Part shown: piece by piece, positions 39,501 through 51,913 of the stretch
How the letters are laid out: the number at the start of each line of letters is the position of its first letter
How positions within the stretch are numbered: the stretch's first letter is position 1
Program-made: the position numbers and the translations under genes
NCBI RefSeq assembly: GCF_022045235.1
Contig: NW_027266286.1
Span: 19,654,001 to 19,718,000 of the forward strand
Source: Haliotis cracherodii
Taxonomy: Eukaryota
Length of the DNA stretch: 64,000 nucleotides
Reading direction: 5' to 3'
The notes under the pieces: generated by a model
Told to the model about the DNA's origin: nothing
Databases searched by the model: none
The model's input: only the letters and a program-made list of their open reading frames with translations

Positions 39501-40970
39501 CCCTAATTTTGGTTTGGAATAGAGTAAAACATGTGCTCTTCTATTGGTAGAAACAAACTACTCACACATATTTTGTTAAAAGAGTAAGTGGCGGTAAGTA
39601 AGGAGGTGCGAACATTCCGTGTTAATTAGGTCAAAACATGGGATAACATCGCGCATGTTGGCAACTGATGTGAGATATTTCGCACACTCCTCTGAATATC
39701 TACCATAAACGTCTGGAATCAGATATAACGGCATATGATTGAAAAATATTTGTAAGTAATCAACAATATTTTGCATCATTCATGCATGCATCAAAGGCAG
39801 AATTTACAGAATGAAAGAAAATGGAAAATTATGTCAATTTTAGTAGCAATGCAATGAAAAGTAGTAATAAAAAATTAACTGAAACAATCAATAACATCAT
39901 ATAAAATCATTTTTGCTCGATCTGAAATACATGTACAGAATTACTTGGCATCATTATTTTATAAAATTTACCTGACAAATACATGTATCTTGTACTAAAC
40001 ATAGAACTTTTCACCCGAAATATTGTTTTGAGCGTTGATCCATGGAAAAAGACCCTTCTGACCCTGAAAAACATGGTCTGACCCCGTTCAGCTTAAGCCC
40101 CATTATAAAGAACAAGCAGTTGATCCTGTTGATCCATCATAGATATACGTTGAAACGTGTATGTATTAAAGATTGAATGTGAACTATATTCTCTCAACGT
40201 ATTGTTTGTGTCCTCCAAAAAGAAATAAAATCATAAAAATAAGAAAGTGTTATCCCAAATATAACAGTTGTTACATTAAAATTATATTTAAAACACACAC
40301 CTATGCTTCCTTTTTCACCTTGTAATTTTACGGCAGTGTTTGCCCTCAAAAGAATTTGTAGGCTTTCAAGGCTGGCTTCCTCGAAAGGAGTCACCTATTA
40401 CGACTGCGCATGTGCAACTCAAGGAATCACCTTGCTATGAATAACGCGCAAGAGGAACCCCCTCGAAATTGACTGTGACGTAAAACGCGTCATAATAGCT
40501 GCTCATTTGCATATTTCATGTATGTATGGTGATTATTGCTTAATGAGTTCATAGTAGGCTGATGGAATGAAATGGCCTTGATCTCTGTTGATTGATGGCA
40601 TTGTACAGAATATATTGTCGCACAGCAGCCTTTAAAAGTCGGGTAGTGTGAGAAGTCCAAATACACTTGCAATGAACTACTCAAACAATGTATAGATTGA
40701 GTAGTTCACTTTGGTTTGTCCCACAGCTGAAAATTAGTCAGGCTAAATATGTTTTGATCAGCCCTCGTTCGTATCGTTGTTACTGAGTGTTTGATACGAT
40801 TGTGCTGATAAATATCACCGCACACAAAGTCACGAGACACATTTTATGTTTGGTGGAGAATGGAGCCAAATGAAAAAAAAAACAATAACAATTTTAACAA
40901 ATAAAATAACATAACAATCACGTAGCACAGGCCTGTTGTGTATAGAAACTCAGCGACAACTAGCTAGAAT
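33540..40970. repeat. Large diverged inverted repeat (arms ~33540-37290 and ~38010-40970)
   Basis: Reverse-complement matches at 35580/39780, 36000/39340, 36500/38890, 37200/38100, 34700/40390 and 33650/40840. Confidence 0.8.
33895..34152 (+). mobile_element. Mariner transposon 3' fragment
   Basis: Encodes PPYSPDL / DFHLFPKLKEHLRGNRY and ends in the TIR-like cagccctcgTA. Confidence 0.75.
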
Positions 40971-41722
40971 GCATCATATCCCACTCTCTGTAGTCGGCAT
41001 TGTCCAGCTCTCCGTGGCGTCAAACGAACCTGGTAGTGATCTACTGAGATATGGCTTCCATCACATAGGCCGTCCTACATATAATACCTCAGTGATAAAG
41101 ACTTGTTGACACATTTGTAGAATGAGTAAGTGCGTTATGATTAATAATGATGTTTTAATCATGTAAAATATAAATTCAAAATCAATAATGAAATACCTTC
41201 ACGCATCCATGTAAGCATTAAACGCATTTTACAGAAGGCTCTACCTGGAATGGACAAATTATGTTTTATTTTGGTAGGTAATGCAATAAACATAAGGAAT
41301 TAAAATTTAAATGAAATAAATGTATCAAATACGCAAACAATCAATATCATCATATCAAGTACCTTAGCTTTATCTAAAATACATGTACAGAATTACTTGT
41401 CGTCACTCTTTTTGCAAAATTATATCTGAAAAAATAACTATTACCAAACATAGAACAAATTTGCATCGAAAGTATTTTTTGAAAGATTTTCCATTGTAAG
41501 ACCCTTTTAACTCTTAAAAACATGTTTTGACTCCGTTCATCGTAGGCCCCACTATAAATAACACGCAATTCTCGATTGAAAAAAGAGAGTTGATCCTGAA
41601 GCAAATTCGATGTATTAATTTCCTATTTTTAAAACAGATGTTTTCATCTTTCACATTGAAAATCCACGGCAGTGTTTATGTGGCTTCCTCGAAAGAAGTC
41701 AGTTACTACTACAGTGCATGTA

Positions 41723-43200
41723 TACTGAGTCAAATTAAAAACTTCACATTTTTAAAAGTAATCCCATATATGATATACAACGGACAAATGTATCAGAGAA
41801 GGTAATTTTTAATCATTAATGTCCAAAGAAGGATTTTAATTTACGGTGGAAACCTTAATTTGTTCCAAGCACCTACGGTATTCGGTAATAACATCAACAG
41901 TTTAAATCATAACCCAAGCACGAGAATCTGATGGCACACAAGTTCAGTAGCGTGTATGGCCGCCATGTGCGTTGACAACTGCCACACAAACTCTCCGCAT
42001 GGACCTTGTGATGCTAGTGAACACATAATTGGGAAGACGACGCCATTGTTGCTGCAAAATGGTGCCAAGACCTTGCAAATTCTGTGGTTGGTTCTGGGGA
42101 GTGCGCTGACTTCTGCCAAGAGCATCCCAGACGTGTTCGATGGGATTGAAGTCGGGAGACCTTGACGACTGTGTGGGGTCTGGCATTGTCGTGTTGGAAG
42201 ATTCAAACCGGGTCCATGTGCTGCCATAAAAGGCAGAAGTTCTGGTGCCAGTACCTGGTCGCGGTAAGCAGCAGCGTTGAGGTTGCCACGGATGACAAGA
42301 AGCCTGGAACGTGCATTGCCACAGAAAGCACCCCACACCATGACACTTCCGCCTCGAAATCTGTCAACTTCCTGTACACAACACTGGGCGTAACGTTCTT
42401 GACGGCGCGTCCACACCCTCGCCCTACCATCAGCAAATCGAAGATTAAATCGGGATTCATTAGTGAAGACGACTTGATTCCAATTCCTCTGAGTCCATCG
42501 TAAGTGTCACTGTGCCCACAATTGACGTTGACGTCTGTAATTGAGTCAGAATCGGCCCGCAGTATGGCCGTCGTGCTTGAAGGTGAGCAGTTCTCAGACG
42601 GTTTCGAACAGTTTACACACTCCGTCTACCCCTAAACAGTTCATTTCTGGTTGATGTAGCCGTCAAAAATCGGTTACAGAGGTGACGTAAGACAATCTGA
42701 CGATCCTCTGCATGTGACGTCACACGTGGTCGACCTTGCCGAGGGCGATCAGCGGTGGTACCTGTTTGCTGTAGACGCGTCTGTAAATCATAAACAGTCC
42801 GTCGACTACAACCCATCGTCTTTGCGACTTCAGCTACGGACGTTCCCGTCTGCAACATGCCGATGGCACGTTCACGTTGCACATCTGAAAGGCGTGGCAT
42901 GACAAATGGCCGTAAAGGCTTTTGTTTTCTTGTGTTTTTCTATTTTTGTTAATGACTGCTAACAAGTATGGCTGAAAACACGTGCGGTATTATGGCCACG
43001 TGACCAGTTGCACGTGAAAATTCACTTTTGCCACTATAGTGCTGTGCACATGATATTGATCGATTCACCTGCACAAAAACGGGTGTTATCTGAAGACAAT
43101 ACGTGGCCATTACTGTTTGAATACACAATAAGGGCCCATAATGATAACTGGTCAAAATGTTAAAATTTTAGGATTGTGAAGTTTTTAATTTGGTTCAGTA
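41723..43200 (-). mobile_element. Near-full-length degenerate Tc1 transposon inserted in the upstream module of the HEPN-DD gene
   Basis: 26-bp TIR TACTGA(GT/AC)CAAATTAAAAACTTCACA with TA duplication. Transposase 42900-41944 has MPRLSDVQRERAIGML, FTNESRF, GGSVMVWG, QHDNARPH, SPDFNPIEHVW and GGHTRY*, with frameshifts and an internal deletion. Confidence 0.92.
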
Positions 43201-44312
43201 TACATGTGCAGCTCAAGGAAATATATAAATCACGAGCATAAGGAACCCCCTCGAAACTGACTGTGACGTAAACGCGTCATAATCGCTGCTCAATTGCATA
43301 ATACGTGCATGTGCTAAGGGTGAAAAGAAAGATGTTGGTAGTACCTCGTCCAGGTTAGCATATATATTAATATACTAGTTTCAAGCAAACCTCACAACTC
43401 TAATGCTCTCTAACCATACTTTATCAACTTTCGAATATCGGTATTTACACACTTGACATCGTTTCTGTATAATTCACGTGAACTCTCAAGTGTATCACCA
43501 AGCGGTGAATGGCGACCACTGGCCGACAATGGTGGCAAATACGGTGCAACCACATCGGACGGCACAGAGTTAACTGGTGACGAGGTGTGATACAGATTGT
43601 TGTTACTGGTGTTGGGGATACATAGTTGTGTTTAGGACAAACACGTTGGATTATTATCATATCATATGTAGGACGGCTTATGTGATGGAAGCCATATCTA
43701 ATTTGATCACCTCCGGGTTCGTTTGACGCCTATCTCCACGAAGAGCTGGAAAATGTCGACTACAGACAGTGGGGATATACATACGACTTAACATCACGCG
43801 CTAAACACTTTCAGTATTCTTTAATGGTTAAGTTTATCCTTTTTAACGAGTGTTTTATAATGAAGGATGTGTGTAAATTTAACCACACACATTATCGCGA
43901 GACATATCTATGGTGGAGAATGCAACCACAAGACATAAAACTTTCTGAAACTCGAATGTACCCCATGTCTATGTTGTTTCATGTTTCACTGCTACATCTG
44001 ATTATCATTGCAGGTTTCATTCAAGTCAGCATTTGTGGTAAACATGGCAGTAAGTTATACCCTGACCATCTTACATTTCTAGAACCTGGAAGTGGATCTT
44101 CTTAGAGGTATCATTGACATATTCTGAAAACGATAATAGTTTTAAGTCGATTTCGATATACCTGTAATAGAATGTAATTTCCTTCAAACAAATCATTATC
44201 GGAATTCATAAACATGAGGAGTAGGTTATTTTAATCATTCCTCAAGTTTCAATTTGGTTTTTCTCACTAACCGAAAGTGGATTTATTGTTGTTGAGAGTA
44301 TTAGATTGAACA

Positions 44313-45929
44313 ATGGATACACACTATTCACAGGGACCAAAGAGTATATCGAAGGAAGAGCTCCTGTACTTCAAGGGGACTAAGATTCTAAACAAGGCCG
44401 TGGCCTCTGAACTACGTCAGCTGTTTCAGCGCCTGTGGAACCGGAAGTACCCAAAAAAACCATGGCAGGGTAACCAAACCTCAGGGAATTTTTTTTATAA
44501 TACTTACAAACCCAAAGGATTAAACGGACGATATGATGATACTATAAAAAATGGTAAGTTAGATGGATGGGACATGACAGTTCTATGCCGAGCATTTATT
44601 GACTACTCCCTTATTGACAGGAAGTACAGTGACAAAGTCAAGATCTTGAGAGACTTGCGGAACACATATGCTCATATCCCAAATTCATCCAGAAAACAAG
44701 GCGACTATGAGAATGATATAGCTCAAATTAGGGAGGTTTTCACGGAACTTAGTCTGAGCGAAGACACCTTGAATGAAGCAGAGAGCATCACCCCAGACGA
44801 TATAGAGCGTCGAGAGCTGCTGTGTGTGATAGAGACTCTGAGACAGGAACAGGCAGAGTTTAACGAGGAAGTCCTGAAAAGATTTCCCGAACATGGTGAA
44901 GACCAACCAGATCAACAGGACCTTTCAATTCCTGGTATGTTGACTGGGCTTTCAATATCCACAGGCTATGACAATCATTGATAAACAAGATCAGTATATG
45001 ACAAACTACGTATATATCAACCATGGACAATGTAGATCAACATCTGTCAATACCTACCAATATCTGACAGTCTACTCCAATACTGGTGAAACTATTACAA
45101 TATATCGGTCCTTTTGCACAAGTGCTTAATGAAAACACTTGCAAATTAAGCAAATTAATTCACAAAGCAAAATGTAATGTAATTTTGTTCAAATTATCTT
45201 TGTCCTACGAGTTGGATACATTAGTTGCCCACTAATGATTATACAAACCTCTTATTTTGTTATTTACAAACAGTATTAGAGAAGTAAACCTACAACTAGT
45301 TTTCACAGTTAAAAAGAAAACGCTGAAGTCGTCTGATAGACCATGAAGGGAATGTCGTTGACGTTATTATTAACAAATTTGTTTTGCATGTGAAGAACGG
45401 TTTCCGATGGGGCTATTTGATTGTCAAAAATAGTATAGAGAGAAGAAAACTTGTTTTCACTTTTATAGAAGGCTGAAGTCAGTCGATAGGCGGGAATGTG
45501 TTTCTGAGGGAAAGCCATCTACTTCACGTCCAATTATAGTTCAAGAAGAAATGGACGGGAGAATGGTTTACATATTTTACTGTTGTTTTCTTTTTTGCAT
45601 ATGAAGAATGGTTCCGGTTGATGCCTCCTGACCAAAAACAACGGATTGTCACTGAGAAACTCTTCGGAGGGGTTGCAGAACACATCGGAGGTGACTGGGA
45701 GATGATAGCAGTAGAAATGGACATCCCCAAACCAAAGCGAGAAAAATCTGTAGCTGAAAACCCAAGATCTATCAACGGTCAAATGATGGAAGCATTCACC
45801 ATATGGAAACAGAAGCACTTAAGTCCACCTACAATTGAGGAATTCATCCAAATCTTGTGGAAGTGCAATGGACGATGCTGCATCGACTGGGAAGGTGTCG
45901 AGGAGGTTGTGAGGGGGGATTGGTTGTAG
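44313..45929 (+). CDS. HEPN (DZIP3-type) - coiled coil - death domain fusion protein, 314 aa
   Basis: Exons 44313-44934 (CCT G|gtatgt) and 45607-45929 (gcatatgaag|AA TGG); total 945 nt, uninterrupted. HEPN motifs WDMTVLC and LRDLRNTYAH (R-x4-H at 44658-44675). The C-terminal DD is paralogous to DD2. Probable 5' UTR exon at 44083-44107. Confidence 0.85.
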
Positions 45930-46029
45930 TGTGGTGTGAATGCTGCCTTAATATTTCACAATTCTATTTCTGTGTCTGACCTACGTTTTAGCATTTGTTC
46001 ATTTCTTCTCAACAACATTTCTACTACGA

Positions 46030-46302
46030 CGGAACCCGTGAAGATCCTGAGTAGAATAGGTCTTCGGCAACCCATACTTGCCGTAAAATGCGGCTATGCT
46101 TGTCGTAAGAGGCGACTAACGGGATCGGGTGGTCAGGCTCGCTGACTTGGTTGATGCATATCATCGTATCCCAATTGCGTGGATCGATGCTCATGATGTC
46201 AATCACTGGATTGTCTGGTCCAGGCTCGATTATTTACAGACCGTCGTCATATACAATGTAGCTAGAATATTGCTGAGTCCGGCGTTAAACAAACAAAACA
46301 AA
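46030..46302 (+). mobile_element. SINE-like family C, full length
   Basis: Complete head to CAAA tail, flanked by TSD ctactacga. Confidence 0.85.
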
Positions 46303-48822
46303 CTACTACGATGGTTATCTTTTTTAGAATCTGTTTGAGCTTATTGTCACCAGTAATACTGAGTTTGTTTACAGATAATTACAGGCAAGTCTCAATATGT
46401 ATTTAACTGTGGTTAAATATCTCATGCTGGGATACTGAATTTCAAGCTAGTCTTATTTTGTGATTTTAATGAAGTCACATATTTTAAAAAATAACACACC
46501 TCAAGAAATCAATGGTTAAATATAACATTTGGTTGTGTTTAACCAGCAAGCAGGATTAGCGAGACGAACAATATGTAGGGTTATCTCCCTTTAGTTGTTG
46601 TGTTGGCCCTGTGCTTGATCGTGTGCAGCATGAACACATTTGCCGTCCTCTCTCTCTGTCTCTCTCTCGCTGTGTGGCTAAATATTAACAACACACACAC
46701 TGAGTGGAATCTCGCGTCTCATGTCACGTGACCGCCGTGTTGTTATTATTCAGAGGACAATCTGCAAGCGGAGCTACTTACACGAGCCCTCACTTTACTA
46801 GGGCAGAGGGATAGCCTAGTGGTTTTAAGGGTTTGATTTCCCACATGGGTACAACGTGTGAAGCCTTTTTATGGGGACCCGTGCCGTGATATTGCTAAAA
46901 GCAGTGTAAAACCCACACATTCACTTACCTCTCTAACATGGGAGGCACAAATGGTTCAGTGGTGTAAAGCGTCGATATACGCTGTTCGTCTCTGTAATGG
47001 GTTTGAATCCAGGATTCGTGACGATTATGACCCTTGGTCCGTCAGCACCATATCCATAAGGAACAATTCTTAATAATTTTATCAACAGTTATCCAGAAAC
47101 AATTGCCAATATCTGTTATCATATATACAATTGAAATATATTCCTTGTATGTAAAACATAACCATTGTTTTGCTCAATTACCATATTATTTCCATATCAT
47201 TATATTACATTTGTTTGAAATGAAATTGTCATAATGTGTCTTTGTATATGTACCTGTGTGTTTTGTACTAACTGTGCGTATATTTGTAGTTTGTAGAATA
47301 TTGCAACTGTTTCCCGATGGAATGATACTCAATAAATATCTTATCTTTTCTTGTACCTGTTCGTTGGCTTCACAAAAGGGGTTAACGTATATGACGTGTG
47401 TCGCTTGTCTCAGCTCTTGCATTAACCTGACAAAAGGTGATACAACATTACTGTTCAAAACTCACTCACTCACTCAACTTGTGAAAGGTATGGAGTAAGT
47501 GATAGCTTGGTGCATATCAATGATAGAAATGTTGGTAGACTAATATGCGCACACACGCACGCACACACATACACACGTGTGTGCAAGCATAAATCTATTC
47601 TTGGTTGCTGTTCACTGCAGATTTATGTCCTGATATGCCAACACCACACGTATGTATGGTGGAAAACCCCTTCTTTATATAGTAATTAATGGAAATACCC
47701 AGCGTATATATATATATCCAAGCGAGGAAGCGTTCCAAAGTAGGTCAACACCGAGAGAGGTATAAACGCGGAAGCCACACGCTCGCTCGCTGGAGTCCCA
47801 AGGTTGGGTAGGTTATCTCTATACGTCTTTAGTTAAACTGAAGTTCATCACTAACATGCAATATTATTATATGATATACAAACACATGATTTAAATCACG
47901 TCTGTCCCTTTCTGAATAGTGATGTCAACAGTCACCGAGAATCTGAGACTGCTGCTACTTAAATACGTGATTTATATCCATTCTGCTTATTGAGTATTCA
48001 AATGTAAGATCCTTATTATTCACATTCGATACAGCATGTCTGACGTGGTAACTTATCACAACGCGTTTTCTGCGCCTGCCCGAGGTGACGGGTGTGGCTT
48101 GTAAACTTGGAAGCCTCCAGCAGCAGTGTTGACTTTGCTGAATTGGCCACACGTTTATATGTCTTTAAGTTTTTATACATTTTCTGTATATGACCACCTA
48201 AAGTTAAAAATAAAATTAAAGCCAATCAGCTTTGTATTTCGTGTTTATTGCCCACAGTTTAAAACATCGAATTCGAATTTAGGGTGTGGGGTTGAACAAG
48301 TTAACACGTTTTGGTTCTGTGGTCGTTTTTATAGATGTGTTGAATGTAAGTATAATTATGCACACTTAGGAACTGGCAGTGGCAAATCCAGATGCGGAAA
48401 AAAGGATTTGTTCAAAATGTAGGGACAAAAATACTCAATTATCAGAAGTAATGAATAAGCAAGATGAATTGCAACAGGAGACACAATAGCTGTAAATATG
48501 TAATCGAGGTATTAATTTAAGCAAATTGATAATTACCGACTTATATCTATAGTAAGTGCCATAAATAAAGGCATGCACACGTTAAATATTAAAGATCTAC
48601 TGTTACACGATAATTCAATCAAATGCAAACAGGACACTCTGAAGACGTATATTTTATTTTGAATTAAAAAACAAATACGCTTTGTACACGAATTGTAGTT
48701 AATAATATTAATGTTGTAACTAAATACTTTAGTTAAAAGATACACGCAAATGTTCTTAAAGGCACAATGTCTTTGTAGCTCAATTTTAATTATGAGACCT
48801 CTTCATGATTCACAACACAATC

Positions 48823-49381
48823 TCATTCATTGTACACTCTCACAGTACCACGGATGAGCGCCCGGCACACGTGACACTTGCGCAGTGCAGGTGCGCAGTC
48901 CATGCACGTGACAAGATGGGCACACGGTAGAAACAGAACACAACTGGTCTTGTCCAGACAGACCTTGCATAGACCTTCATCCCTTAACGCGCGGTTCTCC
49001 TCTACGAGCTGGCGTTGTGGGGAGGGTGGTGGTGTACTGAGGGATTCCTGGGCTGGAGGAAAGAGGAGAAATACTCACTTGTCATGTCAGATAATATGGC
49101 AATGTGTCTTGCTTTATTTGATTCGAGGTGGAATACTAAGCACTACGTCGTAAAACGTTACAAAATTACTATAACGAAAAATCAACCACTTTACCTCTTG
49201 TTTTTGTTGAGATGTGATATGAATAAACTCTCCATATTTACTGTATATTTATCAGACAAAACTACACGTTGGCCATCTTGACTGTAAATAACATTTATTT
49301 TGTATATGTGTATATTGCCGATATTATAGTGTTGTTGGATATTACATGAATCATTTTAAAACAAGGATGCATGACCTCTCT

Positions 49382-49452
<71 letters not shown>

Positions 49453-49898
49453 GGTCTTTTTTAGCCAGCGCGTTCGATTTGATAAAGTCATCCTAAAATC
49501 ATATACTGCGAGAATATAAAATATTAATAAAATATTCTTTGAGACGAGGCTACTCATATCAGCACAATCACCTTGAACAGACACATTTTCAGGTTTTGTA
49601 ATACTTCTTTTGTCTGAAATTCAGGGGGATATCAATTATAGTGCAACTCATCTGGAAGGTAAATCAAATGTCACACAACCACATATTTAACAAAATCGTT
49701 TAAAATAAGTTAAGCCGTTTTGTAACGAATATGATCAGTCCTCTCCATTATTCGATAAACAAATAGTCAATTCGTTCAGATATAACAGGAGTGTATAAAA
49801 CTCTTATTATATCTGCTTATATGTAATGATGATAAACGTCATGTATCAATCACAGGGGTATTGTGATAGCACCTACCGATTACTGCTTGTTCTGGCAT
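48823..49898 (-). CDS. RING-only IAP-derived E3 ligase, 83 aa (alternatively a second terminal exon of the IAP gene)
   Basis: Exons 49898-49877 (accATG CCA GAA CAA GCA GTA ATC G|gtaggt; exon acceptor at 49978-49977) and 49052-48823 (cctctttcctccag|). Protein [83 protein letters not shown]. All C3HC4 ligands are intact. Confidence 0.72.
49383..49449. repeat. (GT)n microsatellite
   Basis: Seen directly. Confidence 0.98.
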
Positions 49899-50539
49899 GG
49901 TCACTTTCCTTCCACTGGTCGTGTATGGCACCAAGGCGACACGACACTGTCTCACAACACACTTGCCGCTTCCAGACTGAGGGTGGCTAATACCCAGTAC
50001 TAATGCGTGTGTATTCAGTTATTTGAGTGTGTGGAAAACCCAACTATAAATAGACGTGTCGACATGAGTTGAACAGGGGTTGAATATGAATGTCCTTATC
50101 TGCCCATCATGATCTGGCAAATAGCCGGTGCATGTCGTTGCTAGTGACATGCTGCCTCTATGCGGTGCCTGCAGATGATTGGTTGGTTGGTTGGTTGGTA
50201 GGTTGGTTGGTCATGGGCTTGGTATTTTCTATGTCTGTCAGTGTCTTGTGTCCCTGTACGGAAGGACTAGTTGTAATTTCTTCCCATCAAAGATGAAGTT
50301 AGCGTGTCTCATCCCGTGTTATTCCTTCATCACAATTAAACACCGCACAGTCCAATCATTCATGTTTACGTCAAGTCTGTTATATCAGTAACAAGGATAC
50401 ACGCATATTGCATTTTTCCGTCATAGAATGTCTGAGACACCTTGCTCTAAGATGGTTCAGCTGCAAACTTAAGGCCTCGATGTTTACTCGTTTTGCTTTT
50501 TATACACAAGTGTCAGGGTTGAACATAAACTTTGACACA

Positions 50540-51360
50540 ACTAAGGCGATATGGATTGGATTGGAAATATTGTAATATTCAATTATATCAAGAATATGTA
50601 TTACACTGCCATCTTGGAACTTATGAGGTTCCAGGAACTCTCCTAAATGACCAACTGGAGAATGTGTGGGTTATCGACGCAAGGAAAAGAATTCAGACAA
50701 TTTTCAATATTTCGGAAAACTGGAGAAAAAGAAAGTTTGCATTAACAGGTAAAATAACGGTTGTGAAAACATCATCACTATCAACTAAAATACATATTTC
50801 CTTAGCCTTTCCTTCACTTCCTAAAACATTTCTTGATGATCATATAAACTTGATATGGAATGTAATTAGACATTTAGTAAGGTAAATATAAAGGCTAAGA
50901 AATTCACTAAAAATTTAGCTAGAATTAAGTATGGTAGATATATATATGATTATGCATTTACTAAATGTAACTATTAAATGATATTTTTGTAAACATAATA
51001 TTACTAATCCAAGTAATCTACCAATCAAAGAAACTAATGCCCCTTTTTCGAAGGATGCTTTTGCTACTTGGAAAAGAAATAAATCTCATTATACAGCTGA
51101 TCAATCAGATTTAGAAATAATATTACTTGAACCACTATGGTATAAACATTTTATAGACTCACACTTTATTATTCCAAACTGGTTCAGTAGAGGCATTCAC
51201 ACAAAAATCTTTGCAATTCGGAAGGCATTTTGTCCTACGAATTAAGGTTAAAGATAATTTTAAGGAAACTTTTCAGGAAGATGATAAAGTTAAGAATATT
51301 CCTAAAACACGGAGGGATACTGTCAACTGTGTCATTTCTATAAATCAGATTATAGAATAC
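50540..51360 (+). mobile_element. Degenerate non-LTR retrotransposon (L1/Tx1-like) ORF2 fragment
   Basis: WRKRKFALTGKITVVKTSSLS resembles the post-RT W..R.LSL.GKI..IK motif; ILLEPLWY follows downstream. Many stops. Confidence 0.6.
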
Positions 51361-51913
51361 ACAAGGTGTTAATGAATATGAGTAAGCCTTCAAAGGATGT
51401 TATATGTTTTAGGCCCAGTCGTCTAAGGCCGCGATTCGCTGTGCAGAAACCTATGATTGTGGGTTCGAATCCCGGTTCGCCCTAATTATGTTTCTGGGTT
51501 TGTCAGCACCATACCCGTGGGTTTCACTGAAGCAGTAAACGTCTGAGACCTGCATTACTTCGGGCTTTCCTCCCACATTAAGCTAACACGTCGCGATATG
51601 ACTGGAATACTGTTAAAAGCCGTGTTAAACCCAACTCACTTTAAATCCTTTTGTTTGCAGTTAATAGGACAATATGTCTAATGGTGTAGTTCCGTGGAAT
51701 TCTACATTAACTGATTACAGAATATGTACACTACAGGCTAGGTTACTGGTTTTTCAGTGTGGATTATGACAAGAAAGAGCAACCATAAGGATGCTGAAAT
51801 GTATTAAAAAACTTAAAACAACAACAAGACACTGAACCTGTGTGACTGTGATATAACCGTCGTCCCTATGTTGAGTGCGTTGCTGTTATGTGAAACAAGA
51901 TACGACGTCCAAC

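Noticed and set aside
41723-43200. Active transposase, or Tc1-mediated capture of the HEPN domain
   Set aside because: The transposase has frameshifts, a D>N change at the first catalytic residue and an internal deletion. Both TIRs close more than 1 kb before the HEPN exon.
44313-44934. Bacterial contamination or recent horizontal transfer of the HEPN domain
   Set aside because: It is embedded in spliced, SINE-rich host sequence and its motifs fit the animal DZIP3-type family; nothing here indicates recent transfer.
44935-44981. HEPN ORF as a standalone 222-aa single-exon gene
   Set aside because: The tail is intron sequence homologous to the DD2 intron, and a phase-matched DD exon follows. 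Retained only as a possible intron-retention isoform.
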